Assembly: GCA_043824255.1 (NCBI GenBank)
Contig: JBDRTG010000007.1
Coordinates: forward strand, 13,896 to 77,895
From: a bacterium
Lineage (GTDB): Bacteria; JAHJDO01
Reading direction: 5' to 3'
Length of the DNA stretch: 64,000 nucleotides
Shown: in pieces, positions 19,050 to 28,234 of the stretch
Position numbering within the stretch: position 1 is the first letter of the stretch
How the letters are laid out: the number at the start of each line of letters is the position of its first letter
Position numbers and translations under genes: made by a program
The notes under the pieces: model-generated
What the model saw: only the letters and a program-made list of their open reading frames with translations
What the model was told of the DNA's origin: nothing
Database searches by the model: none

Positions 19050-20371
19050 TAAAATTTTCTCAGTTGCGTTTTTCCATATTTTATATACTGGACTATTGGT
19101 ATACGTGCAGGACATACATATGTACAAGCCCCACATTCCATACAATCTAATAATCCGTATTCTTTTGCATGTTCAAACCGATCATTTTTTATAGAGTTAG
19201 TTATTACATTAGGCAATATTTTCATTGGGCAAACACTAGCACAATTGCCACATCTTATACAACATTCCTCAGGCTCGTCACAAACCTCGTCCTTTGTTTG
19301 TACAAGTATTCCGGATGTGCCTTTAATTACCGGGACATCTGTTGTATATTGGGCGATCCCCATCATTGGGCCACCCATTATTATTTTGCCTATTTCTTCT
19401 TTGACTCCTTCACATGCCTCTATTAAATTTGAAAAAGGAGTTCCTATTCTTACTCTAAGATTTTGTGGATTCCTGATGCCTCCTCCTGTTACAGTGACAA
19501 TTCGCTCTACCAGAGGTTTTCTTTCTACAACAGATTCGTATACTGCAAATGAGGTGCCGACATTACTAACTATTACTCCTACATCCATTGGAAGTCCGCC
19601 GCTTGGCACTTCACATTTCAGGAGAGCTTTTATAAGCTGTTTTTCAGCTCCCTGAGGATATTTTACCTTGAGTGATATCACATCAATATTGACATCAGGT
19701 TCTTTGTTAATCTCGTCCGCGATTTTTTTAAGTGCATCAGGTTTATTTTGTTCAATACCAATTATGCCTTTCTTTACGCCAGTTGCTTTCATTAAGATTT
19801 TGAGTCCTATGACAACTTGTTTTGCATATTCCAGCATTAGCATGTGATCAGCTGTTAGAAATGGTTCACATTCAGCGCCATTTAAAATATATGTATCAAT
19901 TTTTTTATTTTCTGGCGGGCTGAGTTTTACATGTACTGGAAACATAGCTCCGCCAAGGCCAACAACACCTGCTTCCTGTACAATATATTTTATTTGTTCT
20001 GGTTCGAGCGTTTTCCAGTCTCTTTTTGTTTCTTCAATAGCCCATGTATCGGCCTCATCAGATTCTATAAGAATAGATAGAACTTTAGTCCCTAAAGGAT
20101 GTAGCATAGGGGAAATATCTACTACTTTACCTGATATTGTGGCATGAACAGGTGCAGATATAAATGCCTCTGCATCACCAATTTTTTGCCCTACTTTAAC
20201 AATGTCTCCAATATTAACTAGCGGCTTACATACTGCGCCTGTATGCTGCTGCAGGGGAATGATTGCTTTTTTAGGAGGGAGAAGATTTAGAATTTTCTTT
20301 GTATTTGTGCTATCTTTAGAATTCTCTGGATGAATCCCCCCATAAAAACTAGAATTTAGCATAGTCACCAA
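19049..20371 (-). CDS. rnfC: Rnf complex subunit C
   Basis: GGIHP, GLGGAMFP, NGAECEP, YPQGAEK, GGPMMG, two CxxCxxCxxxCP. Confidence 0.96.
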   Translation of the reverse strand: MVTMLNSSFYGGIHPENSKDSTNTKKILNLLPPKKAIIPLQQHTGAVCKPLVNIGDIVKVGQKIGDAEAFISAPVHATISGKVVDISPMLHPLGTKVLSILIESDEADTWAIEETKRDWKTLEPEQIKYIVQEAGVVGLGGAMFPVHVKLSPPENKKIDTYILNGAECEPFLTADHMLMLEYAKQVVIGLKILMKATGVKKGIIGIEQNKPDALKKIADEINKEPDVNIDVISLKVKYPQGAEKQLIKALLKCEVPSGGLPMDVGVIVSNVGTSFAVYESVVERKPLVERIVTVTGGGIRNPQNLRVRIGTPFSNLIEACEGVKEEIGKIIMGGPMMGIAQYTTDVPVIKGTSGILVQTKDEVCDEPEECCIRCGNCASVCPMKILPNVITNSIKNDRFEHAKEYGLLDCMECGACTYVCPARIPIVQYIKYGKTQLRKF

Positions 20372-20380
20372 TGGATTAAA

Positions 20381-20446
20381 TTGACAGTTTGTAACTTACT
20401 TGTTAAAATTCTGTGCAATGATATCAACTAATTTTTAGTTTGTCAA
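20381..20446. promoter_or_regulatory. Overlapping divergent sigma70 promoters for hldD (+) and rnf (-)
   Basis: Plus: TTGACA(20381)-17-TAAAAT. Minus: TTGACA(20446)-17-TATCAT. Both have an extended TGn. Confidence 0.7.
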
Positions 20447-20470
20447 AACGCCTAGAGAGTAGGGGCAGGA

Positions 20471-21460
20471 ATGCGAAAGATGATTATTGTTACTGGTGGA
20501 GCAGGGTTTATCGGAAGTGCCATTGTATGGAAATTAAATCAGCAAGGAGAGTTTAATATTCTTGTTGTTGATGAGTTAGGAAAGAGCAGCAAATGCAAGA
20601 ATCTTCGGAGTCTTAGGTTCCTAGATTATATTAGCAAGGATATTTTTCTTGAGAAAGTGCTTAAAGGCGATTTTAAATCAGGTGTTCGTGCATTGATTCA
20701 TATGGGAGCATGTTCAGATACTACCGAACAGGATGCAGATTATCTTTTACTGAATAATTATGAGTATACAAAGCACCTTGCTGCTTATGCTACCAGGTGT
20801 AATGTGCGCTTTATCTATGCTTCCAGCGCTGCAACATATGGAGACGGTTCTTATGGATATTCCGATAAAGAAAAAGATTTGCATAAATTCCATCCTCTGA
20901 ATATGTATGCTTATTCTAAACATTTTTTTGATCTCTGGACAGAGAGAAATGGATTATTGAAACAAGTTGCAGGACTTAAATTTTTCAATGTTTTTGGGCC
21001 GAACGAGTATCATAAAGGAGAAATGAGAAGCATGGTTATTAAGGCCTTTGAACAGATAAAAAAGGAAGGAGAAATTAGGCTCTTTAAGTCACATAGAACA
21101 GAATATGGGAATGGTGAGCAGAAAAGGGATTTTTTATATATAAAGGATGCTGTAGAAATGACTCTGTTTTTTTTGCAGAATCCGGGTGTTAATGGAATAT
21201 TTAATATTGGTACAGGCAGAGCAGAAACATGGAATAAACTTGCAGAACTGGTTTTTGAGGCATTGAAGCTTAAACCTGACATTAAATATATCTCAATGCC
21301 TGAAGAGATAAAGGATTCTTATCAATATTTTACTCAGGCTGATATATCCAAACTTCATCATGCAGGATACAGAATGCCCACAACATCTCTAAAGAAGGCT
21401 ATTTTTGATTATGTTCAGAATTACTTACAACCCCAAAAATATCTTTCGAACTCACCCTGA
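20471..21460 (+). CDS. hldD: ADP-L-glycero-D-manno-heptose 6-epimerase
   Basis: TGGAGFIGS, HMGACSDT, YASSAATYG, YAYSK, FFNVFGPNEYHKG, YQYFTQAD. Confidence 0.95.
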   Translation: MRKMIIVTGGAGFIGSAIVWKLNQQGEFNILVVDELGKSSKCKNLRSLRFLDYISKDIFLEKVLKGDFKSGVRALIHMGACSDTTEQDADYLLLNNYEYTKHLAAYATRCNVRFIYASSAATYGDGSYGYSDKEKDLHKFHPLNMYAYSKHFFDLWTERNGLLKQVAGLKFFNVFGPNEYHKGEMRSMVIKAFEQIKKEGEIRLFKSHRTEYGNGEQKRDFLYIKDAVEMTLFFLQNPGVNGIFNIGTGRAETWNKLAELVFEALKLKPDIKYISMPEEIKDSYQYFTQADISKLHHAGYRMPTTSLKKAIFDYVQNYLQPQKYLSNSP

Positions 21461-21525
21461 TCCTCTCTTGAGAAGATAGGGAATATTCCCCTTCTCTGTC
21501 AAGAGAAGGGGCTAGGGGATGAGTT
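21449..21525. repeat. REP/MITE-like palindromic element, copy 1
   Basis: AACTCACCCTG...GGGGATGAGTT termini; inner hairpin CCCCTTCTCT-GTCA-AGAGAAGGGG; related copy at 39579. Confidence 0.7.
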
Positions 21526-21609
21526 GGACAAAAAAACATTTGACAAGAGTATGGTAACTATGTAACAATTCGATAAATGAATTTGAAAGCGGGGGAGGTG
21601 AGTAATAAA

Positions 21610-22161
21610 ATGTTGAGGTTTATTAGAAGATACAAGGGGTTTACGCTTATTGAATTGCTGGTTGTTATAGCAATTATTGCTCTTCTTGCATCCATGCTTC
21701 TGCCAGCGCTGGCAAGAGCAAGAGAAATGGCTAGGAGAACAAAGTGTATAAGCAATCTGAAACAGATTGGTCTTGGTTGTCATATGTACGCTCAGGACTG
21801 GGATGACTATTTTCCTGATACCGGCGAGGCTAACACAAAGAACTTGGGATCAGATACGGTTGCTGCTGTCGCTGTAATGAATTTTTATCCCAATTATATT
21901 TCGTCTCTAGCGGTATTTGAGTGTCCGTCTGGCACAGAGAGGGTTGATAACGAAAGTGATATTGAGGATGGAGGCTATGTGTACAATGACGATCTGACAG
22001 AGATGGATAGCTCAGACACAGTGCTTGCGTGCGATACCGGTGTTGCGCATCACACAAATCCGAATGTTATTAATGTGCTGTATCTTGACGGGCATGTTGC
22101 AGCTGTAAAAGACGGAGCTGCGACCACAACGTCCGGCTATACCACTGTAGGTGCCTATTAA
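21610..22161 (+). CDS. Prepilin-type N-terminal cleavage / DUF1559-like / H-X9-DG protein
   Basis: [35 protein letters not shown]-terminal [16 protein letters not shown]. Confidence 0.9.
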   Translation: MLRFIRRYKGFTLIELLVVIAIIALLASMLLPALARAREMARRTKCISNLKQIGLGCHMYAQDWDDYFPDTGEANTKNLGSDTVAAVAVMNFYPNYISSLAVFECPSGTERVDNESDIEDGGYVYNDDLTEMDSSDTVLACDTGVAHHTNPNVINVLYLDGHVAAVKDGAATTTSGYTTVGAY

Positions 22162-22187
22162 TTTCAGGTTAGTTTGCTTGATAGAAA

Positions 22188-22219
22188 GCAGTCCCGGGAT
22201 CATCGGGGCTGTTTTTTTT
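22188..22219 (+). terminator. Intrinsic terminator
   Basis: GCAGTCCCG-loop-CGGGGCTGT followed by a T run. Confidence 0.75.
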
Positions 22220-22274
22220 GCTTTAATTCCTGATTATCAGTATAATAACTGAAATTTCTAGTTTATGTTTTCTT

Positions 22275-24353
22275 ATGAACTTAAAAAAACTCCAATACAG
22301 TATTGTAAGTGAAATATGTCTGTTAATTATTATCTTTTTTGTTCCAATAGCAGTTTTTAAGGCTGCATATAATTATGTATTCATAAAGTTTGTCATAGCT
22401 CAAGCTATGGTATTTTGTGTCATCCTATTATGGATATATAAGCTTCTCTCTCAAAATTCAAAACTGGTTTTTCCCGAATTCCCCAGAGGCCTTATAAGCG
22501 TTTTTTGTTTATGGTGCTTAGCGTCATTCTTTATGGCAATGAATAAGTTTGCTGGTGCCACAGAACTGGTAAACTTATTTACATATGTTTTGATCTATTT
22601 TGTGGTATTAGAAACATGTAAGTCAAGATCTACGTTTTTAAGGGTTTGTTTTGTGTGGTTTTTAGCTACATTCATAGCAGAAGTTCCTACACTGCTTAAC
22701 CGTTTTAGCATTCCTATAATTCGTAACTTGCCGCAATTATTTGGTAATCCCACATTCTTTGCCCCGTATATTGTTTTGTGTATACCTGTAATCCTATCTT
22801 TTATTCTATATTTTTTTGTGGATATAAATTCAAAATTAAAAATCCAAAATCCAAAATTATTTTTCTATTTAGCGCTGTGTTGTATTCTAGTGGTAACCAG
22901 CATTATTTCCGTTTACAAATTAGAAGCGAGAGCCGCATGGATTGGATTTTGTGTTTCCATTGTGTTTTTTGCCTGTGCATTTGTTTATTCAAGATGGGGT
23001 CTGGCGAAAAGTTTTCACTTATTTATTGGAGTGATTCTCTTATGCGCTGCTGCATGGCAGGTAAGATCAGAGTCAATAATGCGAATTATTAATGAGGAAC
23101 TGCTCACAGGAACTGTTGGAATACGGAAGTGGATTTGGCTGGGATCACTGAAGATGTTTCTAGTCAGGCCTTTTACAGGTTGGGGAATAGGTAATTTTGC
23201 CACGATTTATCCACAATTCAGATTCCCTGATTATTTTTTGAATCCACACGCTGTAAATGCAACACGGCACGTACACTGTGAGGTACTTGAAATTGGATGC
23301 GAACTGGGAGTTGTAGGACTGGCGCTTTTTGTTGGAATTATAGGCAGTATTCTTTCCCGAGGTATAAATATAGCGAGGAATACCGATGACAGACTCAAAA
23401 AGTGTCTGCTTATAGGATTTATATCAGGGGTAATAGGTATGCTTTTTGAAAATCTGGGAAATGTAGATTTAAGATTTCATTCTTCAGGTATATTCCTGTG
23501 GTTTGCTCTGGGATGTGTGTCTGCTCTAAGCAATGGGAAAACTCAAAACCCAAAACTCCCCGAAGGAGAACAAGTTCCCTACGGGGCAGGCAAAATTCAA
23601 AATTCCAAATTCAAAATTCCAATTATATTCATATTTTCAGCTTTACTTTTATTTGTGTTTAATTATTTTTCAGTAAATCCATTGAGAGCGGAGGTATATT
23701 TTAGAAAGGGGGTTGAATATCGTAACAAAGAGGACTGGAATAAGGCTATACGTATGTATGGGGAGACAATCAAGCTCAATAGAGGGCATCTTAAGGCATA
23801 TTATCGCCTGGCATTTGCATACGCTAAGGTAGGGAAGATAGAAGATGCTTTTAGAGTATATTATCAGCTTGCTGAGCTAGATCCGGATTATGCTGATATT
23901 CACTATAATCTAGCAAAGTTGTATATCAGTATTAAGGATTACAAAAAAGCTGTTAGAGAGCTGGAGATAGCTGTGGGACAGAATCCTTATAATGATAAGG
24001 CGTTAATGGGTTTGGGAAATGCGTATGAAAAACTTGGAAAGCTTGACGGGGCAGTTCAGCAGTATAAAAAGGCTGTTAAGCTTAATCCTGATTTTGGAGG
24101 GGCGCACAATAATCTGGGGAATATTTATATGATGAAAAAAGAGTGGGATGAGGCAATTGAGGAGTATAAAATTGCCCTAAGGCTTATGCCAAAAGCTCTT
24201 GGTGTTGCTCGTAATTTAGGAGTAGCTTATTATAAGAAAGGGGATTACAAAGAAGCCAAGAATATATTCGAAAAAATCCTGCAGATACAGCCTGATAATA
24301 AACAGGCGTGTAATTATCTGGAACAGATAAATAAAGTGATGAGTAAACAGTGA
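22275..24353 (+). CDS. O-antigen ligase/Wzy_C-like membrane protein with C-terminal TPRs
   Basis: Many TMs, FGNP, RAAWIG, RPFTGWGIGNF, HVHCE; TPR repeats (AHNNLGNIY). Confidence 0.85.
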   Translation: MNLKKLQYSIVSEICLLIIIFFVPIAVFKAAYNYVFIKFVIAQAMVFCVILLWIYKLLSQNSKLVFPEFPRGLISVFCLWCLASFFMAMNKFAGATELVNLFTYVLIYFVVLETCKSRSTFLRVCFVWFLATFIAEVPTLLNRFSIPIIRNLPQLFGNPTFFAPYIVLCIPVILSFILYFFVDINSKLKIQNPKLFFYLALCCILVVTSIISVYKLEARAAWIGFCVSIVFFACAFVYSRWGLAKSFHLFIGVILLCAAAWQVRSESIMRIINEELLTGTVGIRKWIWLGSLKMFLVRPFTGWGIGNFATIYPQFRFPDYFLNPHAVNATRHVHCEVLEIGCELGVVGLALFVGIIGSILSRGINIARNTDDRLKKCLLIGFISGVIGMLFENLGNVDLRFHSSGIFLWFALGCVSALSNGKTQNPKLPEGEQVPYGAGKIQNSKFKIPIIFIFSALLLFVFNYFSVNPLRAEVYFRKGVEYRNKEDWNKAIRMYGETIKLNRGHLKAYYRLAFAYAKVGKIEDAFRVYYQLAELDPDYADIHYNLAKLYISIKDYKKAVRELEIAVGQNPYNDKALMGLGNAYEKLGKLDGAVQQYKKAVKLNPDFGGAHNNLGNIYMMKKEWDEAIEEYKIALRLMPKALGVARNLGVAYYKKGDYKEAKNIFEKILQIQPDNKQACNYLEQINKVMSKQ
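23537..23618. repeat. Heptamer (CAAAATT-like) array interrupted by a 33-bp palindrome, inside a CDS
   Basis: GAAAACT CAAAACC CAAAACT [CCCCGAAGGAGAACAAGTTCCCTACGGGGCAGG] CAAAATT CAAAATT CCAAATT CAAAATT. Confidence 0.75.
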
Positions 24354-25738
24354 TTGGGCTAATTGTTCTTTTCGGATGTTTTTTGCGGTTGTATAAAATC
24401 GGTTCCAAAAGCCTCTGGCTTGACGAAGCATATAGTGTGTATATTACAAAACTACCTCTATTTGAAATGCTTTCACAAATAATAAAAGCAGATATACATC
24501 CGCCATTCTACAATCTACTTCTGCATTTCTGGGTAACGCTTGGTAGTACAGAATGGTATGTGCGTCTACTATCAGCATTATTCAGCATAGTAATTATCTG
24601 GATAGTATATTTAATAGGCAAAAACTTATTTTCTGCAAAAGCGGGAATTATTGCGAGTCTTATAACTTCAATTTCTTCATATCAGATATATTATGCGCAG
24701 GAAGCAAGATTATATGCGCTTATTACACTTCTATGCGCACTGTCACTTCTAGCTTTTATCCGTGCATTAAAAACACATAGCACAAAAACATGGATACTGC
24801 TCTGTCTTATAAACGTACTTGCGCTCTACACTTACATATACAGCGCCTTTTTTATCATAGGGGAATATGTAATCGCTGTCTGGTTTTCAAAATCTGCTAA
24901 AGGCAGTATAAAAATAATTTTATTAACAATGTTGGCAACATGTTTAGTCTTTATTCCAGAGATATTAGTATTGTTTAGCAGAAAGGTTGAAATAGTAAAT
25001 CTCCTAAAGCCATTTGACCTAAGCAGTATTATAGTAATGCTTCCACAATTTATTTTAGGTTATTTTCTCTTGCAAAGCGGACTTACTGCTATTATGGTTT
25101 TTATTTTATTTGCAATTATTATTGCTGTAGGCGTTTTCTATGACAGACGTAATAAAAATGTTTATTTACTTATATTATTGATCGTGATTCCTATAATTAT
25201 AACGATTTTATCTCCATTCAGAACAACGGATTTTCAATCCAAGCATTTAATATTCATATCGCCTGTTATATATCTATTAATTGCTCATACCGTTACTAAA
25301 ATCCATAAGAAAAGCGTGTCTACATTGGTTCTTGTTTTTGTAGTGCTGTTAAATCTTGCATCTTTGAGAATTTATTACTCTCGGGATTTTGTAAAAGAAA
25401 ACTGGAGAGATACTGCATTATTTGTAAGTAAGAATTCCAGGCCAAATGATATAATTTGTTATAATCCATCCTATGCAGGATTTGGATTTGATTATTATGA
25501 CAAAACTAGCCTAAAAAAATATGGCATTAATAAAAATGATATTCCTCAAACATTATTAAATATAATAAAGTTAAAGAGACGCATATGGCTTATACAGAAT
25601 TCAAGCTCTGTTGCTACTCCAAATCCAGAAGTTAAAGGAATATTCGAAAAAAATTGCGAAACTAAAATCTCAAAACATTATAATGATTTTATTGGGAACA
25701 TAGATTTGATACTTTATAGGCCACAACAACCCTGGTAG
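24350..25738 (+). CDS. GT-C glycosyltransferase (family 39/PMT-like)
   Basis: SLWLDEA, DIHPPFY, VRLLSA, YAQEARLY; multiple TMs. Confidence 0.85.
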   Translation: MIGLIVLFGCFLRLYKIGSKSLWLDEAYSVYITKLPLFEMLSQIIKADIHPPFYNLLLHFWVTLGSTEWYVRLLSALFSIVIIWIVYLIGKNLFSAKAGIIASLITSISSYQIYYAQEARLYALITLLCALSLLAFIRALKTHSTKTWILLCLINVLALYTYIYSAFFIIGEYVIAVWFSKSAKGSIKIILLTMLATCLVFIPEILVLFSRKVEIVNLLKPFDLSSIIVMLPQFILGYFLLQSGLTAIMVFILFAIIIAVGVFYDRRNKNVYLLILLIVIPIIITILSPFRTTDFQSKHLIFISPVIYLLIAHTVTKIHKKSVSTLVLVFVVLLNLASLRIYYSRDFVKENWRDTALFVSKNSRPNDIICYNPSYAGFGFDYYDKTSLKKYGINKNDIPQTLLNIIKLKRRIWLIQNSSSVATPNPEVKGIFEKNCETKISKHYNDFIGNIDLILYRPQQPW

Positions 25739-25857
25739 TAATATAATTTACCAACCTGATAACTCTCTAAAAAAAAGTTTAATTTTTCTCTTTTGTGTAT
25801 TATAATGCAGATTCAAATTTAAACTAGTAATCGTTAACTACTAAAAGGAGAAACAAG

Positions 25858-26847
25858 ATGTCACTCGTACCGATGAGACAGATTCTGGATGAAGCAGAGA
25901 AAGGGGATTACGGAGTAGGGGCTTATAACGTCAACAATATGGAGCAGCTACAGGCAATAGTGTGGGCTGCAGATGAAACTAAGTCTCCTGTCATACTTCA
26001 GGTTTCAAAGACAGCGCTTAAATATACAGATAAGAAGTTATTAGTTGCAATGGTTAACGTTGTAGCAGATACATACAAGGATATTCCTATCGCTCTGCAT
26101 CTGGATCATGGGTCCAGCCTTGAACTGGTTAAAGAGGTTATAGATTTAGGTTTTACTTCCGTAATGATTGACGGATCTCTGGAGGAAGATGGAAAAACTC
26201 CCAGAAGCTTTGAAGGCAATGCTGAAATTACACAGAAGGCAGCTGAATATGCGCATCAGTTTGGAGTTACGGTAGAAGGCGAGCTGGGGACTCTTGGAGG
26301 GATTGAGGATGAAATAGCTGCAAGTAAGATTATTCTAACAGATCCGGATGATGCTATAAAATTTATTCGGCAGACAAAGGTTGACGCCTTAGCTCTTGCT
26401 ATAGGAACCTCTCATGGAGCTTATAAATTCAAAGCAACACCAGTCTTAGCATTTGATATTGTAGAGAAGACACACAAGAATTGTCCTGATACAACTCTTG
26501 TTATGCACGGTTCCTCAAGCGTTCCTCCTGAATTAATAGAAGAAATAAATAAATATGGCGGAAACGTACAGAAAGCAATGGGAGTTCCTGTAAGTATGAT
26601 TCAGAAGGCTATCAAGCTTGGTGTTAGAAAAATAAACATAGATACAGATGGGCGGCTTGCCTGTACCGGAGCTATAAGAAAATACTTTTCTGAGCATCCG
26701 GAAGTATTTGATCAAAGAAAATATCTTGGGGAGGCGCGAGAAGCTATTAAAAAATGGGTAAAGAGTAAGATGATTGATTTTGGCTCCTCAGGACATGCTA
26801 CTGACTATGAGCCCAAAACTTTGGAGGATATGAAAAATCTTTACTAA
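25858..26847 (+). CDS. fba: Class II fructose-1,6-bisphosphate aldolase
   Basis: HLDHG, SVMIDGS, EGELG, AIGTSHGAYKF, VMHGSS, KINIDTD. Confidence 0.95.
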   Translation: MSLVPMRQILDEAEKGDYGVGAYNVNNMEQLQAIVWAADETKSPVILQVSKTALKYTDKKLLVAMVNVVADTYKDIPIALHLDHGSSLELVKEVIDLGFTSVMIDGSLEEDGKTPRSFEGNAEITQKAAEYAHQFGVTVEGELGTLGGIEDEIAASKIILTDPDDAIKFIRQTKVDALALAIGTSHGAYKFKATPVLAFDIVEKTHKNCPDTTLVMHGSSSVPPELIEEINKYGGNVQKAMGVPVSMIQKAIKLGVRKINIDTDGRLACTGAIRKYFSEHPEVFDQRKYLGEAREAIKKWVKSKMIDFGSSGHATDYEPKTLEDMKNLY

Positions 26848-28081
26848 ACTTGCTATTAATGGCGGTCCGCCAACGAGAACTAAATCTTTTCCCAGATGGC
26901 CTGTTTTTGGAGAAGAAGAAAAGAAAGCTGTTTGTGATGTTATTGACAGCAGCAAGTGGTGGTATGGAGAAAAGATTGCAGAATTTGAGAAAAAATTTGC
27001 TGATTTTCAGGGAGCGAAATACGCTGTAACAATATGTAATGGGACAATTGGTTTAGAAGTTGCACTCATTGTTTGCGGGATTGGAGCTGGAGATGAGGTT
27101 ATTGTTCCTGCTTACACATTTATAGCAACAGCAAGTTCTGTTCTCAAAGCAAATGCTATACCTGTTTTTGCTGATATCTCTGAACAGACCTTATGTATCA
27201 GTCCTGAAAGCATAGAAAAACTAATTACCAAAAAGACCAAAGCTATTATCCCTGTTCATATAGCAGGTCAGCCAGCTGATATGGACAGGATTATGGAAAT
27301 CGCAGCCAAGCATAATTTGAAGGTCATAGAAGACGCTGCACAGGCATGGAGTGCCGAGTGGCACAATAGGGGAGTAGGCGCTATTGGAGATATAGGAGAG
27401 TTCAGTTTTCAAGCCAGCAAGAATTTGAATGCCGGGGAAGGAGGAATACTCTTAACAAATAATAGCGAACTTGCAGAAGCTGTCCGCTCATACACAAATT
27501 GCGGCAGAGGAAAGGGCAAGGCATGGTATGAGCACTATACTCTTGCAGGAAATTACCGTATGACAGAGTTTCAGGCAGCGCTTTTACTTGTTCAGCTTAC
27601 TAGGTTTGAGGGACTTGAGAATATACGCAGGAAAAACGCTGAATATCTGAATAAAAAACTTTTAGAGATAGACGGTATACAAACTATACATACGGATCCA
27701 AGAGTAACAAAAAGGCCTTATCATATTTATATATTCAAGTATCTTGAAAACAAGTTTTGCGGCATTCCAAGAGAGCTCTTCTTAAAGGCTCTTGAAGCGG
27801 AGGGGATTCCATGCAGGCCCGGTTATCCATTTCCATTATATGAAAATCCACTGTTCCAGAAGAAAGGAAAAGGACCTGGCTTTTGTCCGTTATCCTGCCC
27901 ATATTATGGAAAGGAAATAGACTTCTCCAATACTTCCTGTCTTGTTACAGAACGAATCTCTAAAAAAGAAGCAGTTTGGCTAAGACAGGAAATGCTTCTC
28001 GGAACTAAAGAGGATATGGACGATGTTGCCAGAGCAATTAAAAAAATCAAAGAAAATGTTGAAGAGCTAAGAGGAGGATAA
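26837..28081 (+). CDS. DegT/DnrJ/EryC1/StrS PLP aminotransferase; start codon non-canonical or uncertain
   Basis: Frame of the 27281 ORF stays open back to 26834 and encodes KLAINGG...NGT...GDEVIVPAYTFIATA...IPVH; EDAAQA and SFQASKN (PLP Lys) follow. No ATG/GTG/TTG in frame before 27281; ATC at 26837 lies 8 nt after GGAGGA. Confidence 0.85.
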   Translation: MFTKLAINGGPPTRTKSFPRWPVFGEEEKKAVCDVIDSSKWWYGEKIAEFEKKFADFQGAKYAVTICNGTIGLEVALIVCGIGAGDEVIVPAYTFIATASSVLKANAIPVFADISEQTLCISPESIEKLITKKTKAIIPVHIAGQPADMDRIMEIAAKHNLKVIEDAAQAWSAEWHNRGVGAIGDIGEFSFQASKNLNAGEGGILLTNNSELAEAVRSYTNCGRGKGKAWYEHYTLAGNYRMTEFQAALLLVQLTRFEGLENIRRKNAEYLNKKLLEIDGIQTIHTDPRVTKRPYHIYIFKYLENKFCGIPRELFLKALEAEGIPCRPGYPFPLYENPLFQKKGKGPGFCPLSCPYYGKEIDFSNTSCLVTERISKKEAVWLRQEMLLGTKEDMDDVARAIKKIKENVEELRGG

Positions 28082-28234
28082 ATGGCAAGACCTAATTATC
28101 AATATGAAAAACGTATGAAAGATTTGGCAAAAAAGAAAAAGCGGGAAGAAAAAAAACAACGCAAGCTAGATAAAAAAAATTTAAAGTCCAAAGAGAGCCC
28201 GGATCAATCTCGTGATGACGAAGAAAAACAGTAA
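28082..28234 (+). CDS. 50-aa highly basic small protein (not in ORF track)
   Basis: GGAGGA SD; MARPNYQYEKRMKDLAKKKKREEKKQRKLDKKNLKSKESPDQSRDDEEKQ*. Confidence 0.7.
   Translation: MARPNYQYEKRMKDLAKKKKREEKKQRKLDKKNLKSKESPDQSRDDEEKQ

Noticed and set aside
26831..26833. Selenocysteine or stop readthrough at the TGA before the aminotransferase frame
   Set aside because: Upstream of the TGA this frame is simply an alternative frame of fba, and family similarity starts after it.
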